Of a stretch of DNA of 64,000 bases, positions 57,114 to 64,000 are shown piece by piece; the first letter of the stretch is position 1, and each line of letters opens with the position of its first letter. The position numbers and the translations under genes were made by a program. The stretch is taken from contig JAYTWR010000199.1 of NCBI GenBank assembly GCA_043743335.1, positions 2,303-66,302 of the forward strand, read 5' to 3'. The notes beneath the pieces were generated by a model, which saw only the letters and a list, made by a program, of their open reading frames with translations, was not told the DNA's origin and did no database searches. Origin of the DNA: Burkholderiales bacterium. Lineage in GTDB: Bacteria; Pseudomonadota; Gammaproteobacteria; Burkholderiales; SG8-41.

Positions 57114-57900
57114 GCACCGACGCTTTGCGCCGCGCGCGCACAGCTTTCGCTACCCGCTGTTCATGGTGTATCTCGATCTGGCGGAACTCGACAGCGTATT
57201 TCGCGGGCGATGGCTGTGGTCAACCTGCCGCCGCGCATGGGCGCGCTTTAACCGCGCCGATCATCTGGGCGACCCCGCCGTGCCGCTGGATCAGGCGCTG
57301 CGCGAGCTGGTGTGCAGCGAAACCGGTCTCGCGCTCACCGGGCCGATACGCTTGCTCACTCACCTGCGGTATTTCGGCCACTGCTTCAATCCGGTCAGCT
57401 TTTATTATTGTTACGACCGCGCCGGCGAAAACGTGGTGTGCGTGGTTGCCGAAGTCAATAACACGCCGTGGGGCGAGCGCCACTGCTATGTGTTGACCCA
57501 ACCGCTGCTGTCCGCGCCAGGCCGCTATCAACGCTACGGCAGCGAGAAAATTTTTCATGTGTCGCCTTTTATGCCGATGCACCTAGACTACACGTGGGGA
57601 TTTTCCAGTCCCGGTGAAACGCTGAACGTACACATGACCTTGCGCGATCATGCTGCCGCCACGCAGTCGCGCAAAGTTTTCGATGCCACAATGCAACTCG
57701 AACACGCGCCCATCACCGGCGCGCGGCTAGCGGGCACCTTGCTGCGCTATCCACTGATGACGCTGCAAGTAATCGCCGCCATCCACTGGCAGGCGCTGAA
57801 ACTGTGGCTTAAGGGCGTGCCCGTACACACGCATCCGGCACGCACCCACGCGACCGCAAACTCCAAGGCGGAAATAGAAAAATTCAATGAAATCAAATAG
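57082..57900 (+). CDS. DUF1365 family protein (UfaO-like)
   Basis: HRRFAP, FNPVSFYYC, AEVNNTPWGE, FHVSPFM and IHWQALKLWLKG motifs. Confidence 0.9.
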   Translation: MHSAIYHGWLRHRRFAPRAHSFRYPLFMVYLDLAELDSVFRGRWLWSTCRRAWARFNRADHLGDPAVPLDQALRELVCSETGLALTGPIRLLTHLRYFGHCFNPVSFYYCYDRAGENVVCVVAEVNNTPWGERHCYVLTQPLLSAPGRYQRYGSEKIFHVSPFMPMHLDYTWGFSSPGETLNVHMTLRDHAAATQSRKVFDATMQLEHAPITGARLAGTLLRYPLMTLQVIAAIHWQALKLWLKGVPVHTHPARTHATANSKAEIEKFNEIK

Positions 57901-59215
57901 TTACAACAGAGACGTGCCTACGCTCCAAGCGCCCGCTGCGCCCAAGCCGCATTTTCTCGATGGCGTGGCCAAGCAGGCTGTGCAGCGCCGGCTGGCCGGC
58001 CTTGTGCATGGCGCGCTCACGCTGCGCGACGGCGAGCAGGTCACGCGCTATGGCGCGAGCACTACGCGCTGCCCACTGGATGTCACCGTGCACGTACACG
58101 ACCCACGCTTCTACAGTGAAATCGCGTTCGGCGGCTCCGTCGGCGCGGGCGAGGCCTATATGGCGGGCTGCTGGCGTGTGGACGACCTCACCGCATTAAT
58201 GCGCATCCTGCTGCAAAACCGCGCTGTGCTCGACGGCATGGAAACCGGCTGGGCGCGTCTCGCCGCGCCGCTGCAAAAGGCGCTGCACTGGACGGCGCGC
58301 AACACGCGCAGCGGCAGCAGCCGCAACATTCAGGCGCACTACGATTTGGGCAACGAATTTTTCCAACTATTTCTCGACCCAACCATGATGTATTCGAGCG
58401 CGGTGTTCGAACGCGCTGACATGACGCTCGAAGCAGCCTCGATGGCCAAGCTGGATCGCATTTGCCGCAAACTCAATCTCAAGCCCGATGATCGCGTGAT
58501 TGAAATCGGCACGGGTTGGGGTGGCTTCGCCATGCACGCTGCACGGCACTACGGGTGCCACGTTACCACCACCACCATCTCGCCTGCGCAGCACGCGCTT
58601 GCGCGCGAACGTATCGCCGCCGCCGGACTGATAGACCGCATCGAGCTGCTTCTAACCGACTACCGTGATCTCACCGGGCAATACGACAAACTGGTGTCCA
58701 TCGAAATGATCGAGGCCGTCGGCCATCAGTTTTACGACGCCTATTTTGGACAATGCAGCGCGCTGCTGAAACCCGAGGGCGCGATGTTGCTGCAGGCGAT
58801 TACCATTGCCGATCAGCGTTACGCAGCGGCCAAAAACGCGGTGGATTTTATTCAGCGCTATATCTTCCCCGGCAGTTGCATTCCGTCGGTCACCGCCATC
58901 AGCGAATCGCTCACGCGCGCCACCGACCTGCGTTTGTTTCACCTCGAAGACATCGGCCCGCACTACGCCATCACCCTGCGACGCTGGCGCGAAGCCTGTG
59001 ATGCGAACGTGGACAAGATTCGCGCGCTGGGCTACCCGGAATCCTTCATCCGCATGTGGACGTTTTACTTGTGCTACTGTGAAGGCGGGTTCATGGAGCG
59101 CGTGATCGGCGATGTGCAAATGCTGCTGGTGAAGCCACAGGCGCGGCCTGAGCCGATCGTGCCGCCGCTCATGCCGCCGCTCACGCCGCCACTCACGCCG
59201 CGGGCCCCAGCGTGA
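57887..59215 (+). CDS. Cyclopropane-fatty-acyl-phospholipid synthase family methyltransferase (UfaM-like)
   Basis: NIQAHYDLGNEFF, MMYSSA, EIGTGWG, SIEMIEAVG and FIQRYIFPG motifs. Confidence 0.93.
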   Translation: MKSNSYNRDVPTLQAPAAPKPHFLDGVAKQAVQRRLAGLVHGALTLRDGEQVTRYGASTTRCPLDVTVHVHDPRFYSEIAFGGSVGAGEAYMAGCWRVDDLTALMRILLQNRAVLDGMETGWARLAAPLQKALHWTARNTRSGSSRNIQAHYDLGNEFFQLFLDPTMMYSSAVFERADMTLEAASMAKLDRICRKLNLKPDDRVIEIGTGWGGFAMHAARHYGCHVTTTTISPAQHALARERIAAAGLIDRIELLLTDYRDLTGQYDKLVSIEMIEAVGHQFYDAYFGQCSALLKPEGAMLLQAITIADQRYAAAKNAVDFIQRYIFPGSCIPSVTAISESLTRATDLRLFHLEDIGPHYAITLRRWREACDANVDKIRALGYPESFIRMWTFYLCYCEGGFMERVIGDVQMLLVKPQARPEPIVPPLMPPLTPPLTPRAPA

Positions 59216-59227
59216 GTATGGCGAGCA

Positions 59228-60391
59228 TTACTTGCCCAGCACCTGCCGCGCAATAATCAGCTTCTGAATTTCGCTGGTACCTTCGTAAATACGCAGTGGC
59301 CGTATTTCGCGATACAAGCGCTCGACCGTGCTACCCACCGTCACGCCCAATCCGCCAAAGAGCTGCACCGCAGAATCGATCACGCGTTGCGCGGCCTCGG
59401 TGGCATGCAGCTTGGCCATGGATGCCTCTAGCGTGACGCGGTCGCGCAGCGTATCTTTGGTCCATGCCGCTCGATACACCAACAAGGCGGACGTTTCGAC
59501 ATCCAGCGCCATATCGGCGATGCGCATTTGCGTGCCCTGAAACTGCGCCAACGCCTGACCAAACACCCTGCGCGCACGCACATGATCGCGCGCCTCGGCC
59601 AACGCGCGCCGTGCAAAGCCTAGCGCAGCGGCCCCCACGGTCGAACGCATCACATCGAGCGTCGCCATGGCGATTTTGAAACCCTCACCCGGCTGCCCCA
59701 GCATGCAGCTTGCGGGCACCCGGCATTCGTCAAACGCCACGTTGCCGATAACGTGCGGTGCAACCACTTGTATTGATTGAGGAACACTCAAGCCCGGCGT
59801 CTTGGCATCCACCACAAATGCCGACAGCCCTTTTGCGCCCAGGGCTTCTCCGGTGCGTGCGAACACGATGTAGGTGTCGGCTACACCGGCGTTGGAGATC
59901 CACGTTTTGCGGCCGTTCAACACGTAACACTCGCCGTCACGCCGTGCGCTGGTTTGCAGGGCAGATACATCGGAGCCGGCTTCCGTCTCCGACAAGCAGA
60001 ATCCGGTAACACACGTGCCATCAGCCACGTGCGGCAGATATGTGGCCTGTTGCGCCGCCGAGCCAAACAACACGATGGGCACCGCGCCCAGCCCCTGCAT
60101 GGCAAAAGTGCAGTCCGCCAATCCGGAATAGCGCGCCAGCACGTCACGCACGAGACACAGGCTGCGCACATCCACGCGCGTGTGCGGGCCACCCAGCGCA
60201 GCGGGCAACACATAACGCAGCCAACCGCCTGCGCCGAGCAATCGCGCAAGGGTGCGCACGGCCTGCGCTTCATTCACGCCTTCCGCTTCGAGTGTGTGAC
60301 GATGGGTCGTTACCCACGCCTGCAATTCACCGGCGAGACGCCGGTGCGTGTCGTCGAAGAATGGCCACTCCAGAAAGTTGTGCTCGCTCAT
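59228..60391 (-). CDS. Acyl-CoA dehydrogenase
   Basis: [26 protein letters not shown] and [11 protein letters not shown] motifs; start at [12 protein letters not shown]. Confidence 0.93.
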   Translation of the reverse strand: MSEHNFLEWPFFDDTHRRLAGELQAWVTTHRHTLEAEGVNEAQAVRTLARLLGAGGWLRYVLPAALGGPHTRVDVRSLCLVRDVLARYSGLADCTFAMQGLGAVPIVLFGSAAQQATYLPHVADGTCVTGFCLSETEAGSDVSALQTSARRDGECYVLNGRKTWISNAGVADTYIVFARTGEALGAKGLSAFVVDAKTPGLSVPQSIQVVAPHVIGNVAFDECRVPASCMLGQPGEGFKIAMATLDVMRSTVGAAALGFARRALAEARDHVRARRVFGQALAQFQGTQMRIADMALDVETSALLVYRAAWTKDTLRDRVTLEASMAKLHATEAAQRVIDSAVQLFGGLGVTVGSTVERLYREIRPLRIYEGTSEIQKLIIARQVLGK

Positions 60392-60523
60392 AATGAATGC
60401 GACGTTATCACAGTCCGAATGTCTATCGAATGGGGTACACCAGCGGGGTCGTGCATAGCGGTGGCGTAAAATACCGCTTCGTCGCATCCCTAAAATGAAC
60501 TTGGCAACGGAATAAAATTACTC

Positions 60524-61270
60524 ATGAAACTCAACGGAAAAACCGCTGTAATCACTGGCGCTGCGTCGGGCATCGGGCTCGCCACAGCGCAAGCACTGGC
60601 CGCTGCGGGTGCAGCCGTCGTACTCGGCGATATCAATGTCGCGGGGGGCGAGCAGGCGGCAAGTCAGCTCCAGGCCGCCGGGCATGACGCGACGTTCATA
60701 CCGCTGGATATTACGAGCGACGCAGCCGTTGCACGTTTTCGCGACGCGGTGGATGCGCGCGGCGAAGGCGCAGATATCCTCGTCAATGTGGCGGGCTGGA
60801 GCAAGATCGAAGCGTTCGTGAACACTACGCCGGATTTGTGGGGCAAGTTGATTGATCTGAATTACACCGGCACGCTGCGGGTGGTGCATGCTTTTTTGCC
60901 GAAAATGATTACGCGCGCTGCTGGCAAAATCGTCAACGTTGCCAGCGATGCAGGGCGCGCCGGCAGCGGCGGCGAGGCGGTGTACGCGGGCAGCAAAGGC
61001 GCGGTGATCGCGTTCACCAAATCGCTGGCGCGTGAAACCGCGCGCTACAAGCTCAACGTCAATTGCGTGTGCCCCGGCCCCACCGATACGCCGCTGCTCG
61101 CCTCCATCCCCGACAAGCAACGCGAGGCGCTGCTGCGCGCGATTCCGTTCCGCCGTTTTGCGCAACCGTCCGATGTGGCCGATGCGATATTGTTTTTCGC
61201 CAGCGAGCGCGCTTCATACTTGACCGGGCAGGTGCTGAGTGTGAGCGGCGGGTTGACGATGCAGGACTAG
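60524..61270 (+). CDS. SDR family oxidoreductase (BadH-like)
   Basis: TGAASGIG, ASDAGRAGS, YAGSK and CPGPTDTPL motifs. Confidence 0.9.
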   Translation: MKLNGKTAVITGAASGIGLATAQALAAAGAAVVLGDINVAGGEQAASQLQAAGHDATFIPLDITSDAAVARFRDAVDARGEGADILVNVAGWSKIEAFVNTTPDLWGKLIDLNYTGTLRVVHAFLPKMITRAAGKIVNVASDAGRAGSGGEAVYAGSKGAVIAFTKSLARETARYKLNVNCVCPGPTDTPLLASIPDKQREALLRAIPFRRFAQPSDVADAILFFASERASYLTGQVLSVSGGLTMQD

Positions 61271-61321
61271 CGCAATACAGCAACTATTTGATTTTATTCA
61301 ATTATTTAAAGACCCCCCATC

Positions 61322-62134
61322 ATGACCTCAGCAGCCGATTTCAAACCCCAACATTTCAAATGGGAAGTGCAAGGCAAAGTCGCCACGGTCACGCTCAATC
61401 GCCCTGAGCGCAAAAACCCGCTGACCTTTGAATCGTATGCCGAGCTGCGCGATACCTTTCGCGCGCTCAATACCATGAACGATGTGAAGACCGTGGTGGT
61501 CACTGGCGCGGGCGGCAATTTTTGTTCCGGCGGCGATGTCCACGAAATCATCGGCCCGCTGACCCAAATGAAAATGCCCGGCTTGCTGGAATTCACGCGC
61601 ATGACCGGCGATCTGGTGAAAGCCATGCGCGCATGCCCGCAACCGATCGTCGCTGCCATTGACGGCATTTGCGCCGGTGCTGGCGCGATGATCGCCTGCG
61701 GCTCCGATATCCGTTATGGCACGGCGCGCAGCAAGGTCGCGTTCCTGTTTGTACGCGTGGGCTTGGCAGGTGCTGACATGGGTGCGTGCGCGCTGCTGCC
61801 GCGCATCATCGGTCAGGGCCGCGCTGCCGAGTTGCTCTACACGGGCCGCTCGATGGGCGGCGAGGAAGCCGAGCGCTTTGGTTTTTACAACGCCCTACAT
61901 GAGCCGGAAAAAGTGTTGGCCGCCGCGCAAGACATGGCGCGCAATCTCGCTGACGGCCCGACGTTTGCCCACGGCATGACCAAAAAGCTGCTGCATCAAG
62001 AGTGGAACATGGGCGTTGATGAAGCCATCGAAGCCGAGGCCGAAGGCCAGGCCATCTGTATGCAGACGCAGGATTTTCATCGTGCGTATCACGCGTTTGC
62101 GAACAAGCAAAAGCCGGTGTTTGAAGGCAACTAA
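61322..62134 (+). CDS. Enoyl-CoA hydratase/isomerase family protein
   Basis: [16 protein letters not shown] and DGICAGAG motifs. Confidence 0.93.
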   Translation: MTSAADFKPQHFKWEVQGKVATVTLNRPERKNPLTFESYAELRDTFRALNTMNDVKTVVVTGAGGNFCSGGDVHEIIGPLTQMKMPGLLEFTRMTGDLVKAMRACPQPIVAAIDGICAGAGAMIACGSDIRYGTARSKVAFLFVRVGLAGADMGACALLPRIIGQGRAAELLYTGRSMGGEEAERFGFYNALHEPEKVLAAAQDMARNLADGPTFAHGMTKKLLHQEWNMGVDEAIEAEAEGQAICMQTQDFHRAYHAFANKQKPVFEGN

Positions 62135-62147
62135 CAGGATATCAATC

Positions 62148-63251
62148 ATGCCCACCAATGAGGTTACCAATGAGGTTACCAAAAGGATTACCAAAATCTT
62201 TGCTGGCGCTGGTAGCGGCGAAGGCAAAACCAAAGGGATGTACCGTGGCGGCTTGTTCCGCCGTAGCCCCGGCGCGGGCGATTGGCACGCGGTGCGCGGC
62301 GGACTACCGGAGGGCGTGGAAGTGCGCACCATCGCCGTTCATCCGCAAAATCCGCAGATTATTTTTATTGGCACGCAGGATGGCCCGTATCGCAGCATCG
62401 ACGGCGGTGACACTTGGGTAAAGCCCAACTTCCCCGACCGCAACGCGGTGATCTGGACCATGAGCGTGCACCCGACAAAGCCCAATATTGTGTACGCGGG
62501 TGCGGCACCCGTGGCACTGTACCGCAGCACAGACGGTGGTGACACTTGGCACAAAATCCCCCAAGCAACATCGCCTGCGCACTGCGAGCGCGATGGCTTT
62601 GATACGCGCACCATCCGCATCACGGTAGACCCCAGTCGGCCCGACGATTTGTATGTAGCGCTGGAAGTCAGCGGCGTGATTCGCAGCAGCGACGCGGGGG
62701 AAACCTGGAGCGATTTGTCCGGCACGCTGTTTGATCTGGCCGAGCAACCCCATCTGAAAAGCAACGTCGGCGGGCGCCACTGCGGGCACTGTGAAGGCAT
62801 GCTCGACTCGCATGCGCTGGCCATCAGCCCGGCCGCGCCGGGCACGGCATTTCTCGCGGTGCGCATGGGCATATTCCGCAGCGACGACCGCGGCGCGACT
62901 TGGCGCGACATCAACGTTGGGCGCTACTCGCCGCTGACCTATTGCCGCGATGTGATTGTGTCACCGCACAATCCGCGCACCTTGTATGCCGCGCTGTCGC
63001 AGGCGGCGTTCAGCACGGCGGGTTCAATGTATCGCAGCGACGATATGGCGCAAACTTGGCAACGCATCGATCACGGTGTCACAGCCGAATCGACGGTGAT
63101 GTCGCTCTCCACCCACCCTACCGACCCCGCACGCCTGTATTGCGCCACGCGCAGCGGGCAAGTGATCGGCACTGAAGACAACGGTGCGTCGTGGACAGAT
63201 TACCGCTTGCCGCAAGGCGTGCAGGACGTATACGCCGTGGCATGCGTTTGA
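62148..63251 (+). CDS. BNR/Asp-box repeat beta-propeller protein
   Basis: Repeated RSxDGGxTW Asp-boxes; ATG 62148 after AGGA. Confidence 0.85.
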   Translation: MPTNEVTNEVTKRITKIFAGAGSGEGKTKGMYRGGLFRRSPGAGDWHAVRGGLPEGVEVRTIAVHPQNPQIIFIGTQDGPYRSIDGGDTWVKPNFPDRNAVIWTMSVHPTKPNIVYAGAAPVALYRSTDGGDTWHKIPQATSPAHCERDGFDTRTIRITVDPSRPDDLYVALEVSGVIRSSDAGETWSDLSGTLFDLAEQPHLKSNVGGRHCGHCEGMLDSHALAISPAAPGTAFLAVRMGIFRSDDRGATWRDINVGRYSPLTYCRDVIVSPHNPRTLYAALSQAAFSTAGSMYRSDDMAQTWQRIDHGVTAESTVMSLSTHPTDPARLYCATRSGQVIGTEDNGASWTDYRLPQGVQDVYAVACV

Positions 63252-63307
63252 ACCCGACTTCAAATTGAGGCGTAGGGCCGCCCAGCGTGTGCGGCCCAGC
63301 GCAAAAA

Positions 63308-64000
63308 TCACAAGGGCTTCTGTTCCAGCACTTTCATCAGCTTGCCCCAGCGCGCCATGTCATTGCGGATCACGTCGCTGAATTCGGTGGCGGTACCGGC
63401 CACCACGCCAAAGCCCATGTCGAGCAGCGATTGGCGTACATCCTCGGCTTTCAACACCGCCGTGAAATCAGCGTGCAGCTTACCCAAGACGGCGGCGGGT
63501 GTGCCCGCAGGTGCGAGCGCGCCGTACCAGGTGCTGGCCTCAAAGTTGGCGACGCCAGATTCCGCCACCGTGGGTATCTCTTGCAGCGTGGGCCAGCGTT
63601 GCGGGCTGCTGATGGCCAGCGCGCGCAAGCGGGCACTGCGCACGTGCGGCAATGTGCCCGAGACCGAACCAAACATGACTTGCACATGCCCGCCCATTAA
63701 ATCAATCACCGCAGCGCCCGTGCCCTTGTACGGCACATGCACAATATCGGTTCCCGTCAAAAATTTGAATAACGCCATCGCCAGATAAGGCGAAGTGCCC
63801 GTGCCACTGGAGCCAAAGGTGAGTTGCGCCGGACGCGAGCGCGCCAACGTGATGAACGCCTTCACCGTTTTCACCGGCAACGCGGGATGCACCACCAGCA
63901 GATTGGGCGTGAACGCGGTTTGCGTGATAGGCGCAAAGTCCTTGATCGGGTCATACGCCAGCTTGCGTTGATACGGCGTGATGGTGTGCGCGTTGGTAAT
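63308..64000 (-). CDS. Bug/TctC substrate-binding protein, 3' part (start outside window)
   Basis: YDPIKDFAPI, VHPALPVK, HVPYKGTG and WYGALAPAGTP motifs. Confidence 0.92.
   Translation of the reverse strand: MTNAHTITPYQRKLAYDPIKDFAPITQTAFTPNLLVVHPALPVKTVKAFITLARSRPAQLTFGSSGTGTSPYLAMALFKFLTGTDIVHVPYKGTGAAVIDLMGGHVQVMFGSVSGTLPHVRSARLRALAISSPQRWPTLQEIPTVAESGVANFEASTWYGALAPAGTPAAVLGKLHADFTAVLKAEDVRQSLLDMGFGVVAGTATEFSDVIRNDMARWGKLMKVLEQKPL

Noticed and set aside
59159..59200. 12-bp tandem repeat encoding VPPL-MPPL-TPPL at the end of the CFA-like gene
   Set aside because: Likely slippage in a disordered tail; frame preserved and no sign of phase variation

Overview
Chromosomal window from a GC-rich betaproteobacterium (inferred from many Bug/TctC genes and the topB-dprA-LysM/def-fmt-rsmB-ntrYX synteny). 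Core blocks are topB, dprA, def-fmt-rsmB-DUF4390-ntrY-ntrX and tkt-gap-pgk-pyk-class I fba. Accessory content: nine Bug/TctC solute-binding genes (two are pseudogenes), a PemK/MazF-type toxin-antitoxin pair, mgtE, a Cro-like HTH fused to an alanine-glyoxylate aminotransferase, a CobW/amidohydrolase pair, acyl-CoA catabolic genes and a nine-gene CFA/furan-fatty-acid-type lipid modification operon. A defence island (38.5-46.9 kb) carries a type I R-M system whose M-S fusion is split by a -1 frameshift, an Xre-ImmA/IrrE peptidase plus PIN module, a 57-aa ORF absent from the ORF track, and an orphan DarG. Best candidates for undescribed biology: (1) an operon of two glutaminase-dead AsnB-like amide ligases flanking a Zn-ribbon/membrane/Topo VIA-like TOPRIM protein with an acidic Gly-rich tail (32.6-37.0 kb); (2) a GxxExxY nuclease gene bounded by 31-bp inverted repeats, with related gene-less elements elsewhere; (3) an AT-rich IHF-like motif found at about 19 gene junctions. 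No rRNA, tRNA, CRISPR array, integrase or transposase was seen. Family assignments come from motif recognition by eye; no searches were run.
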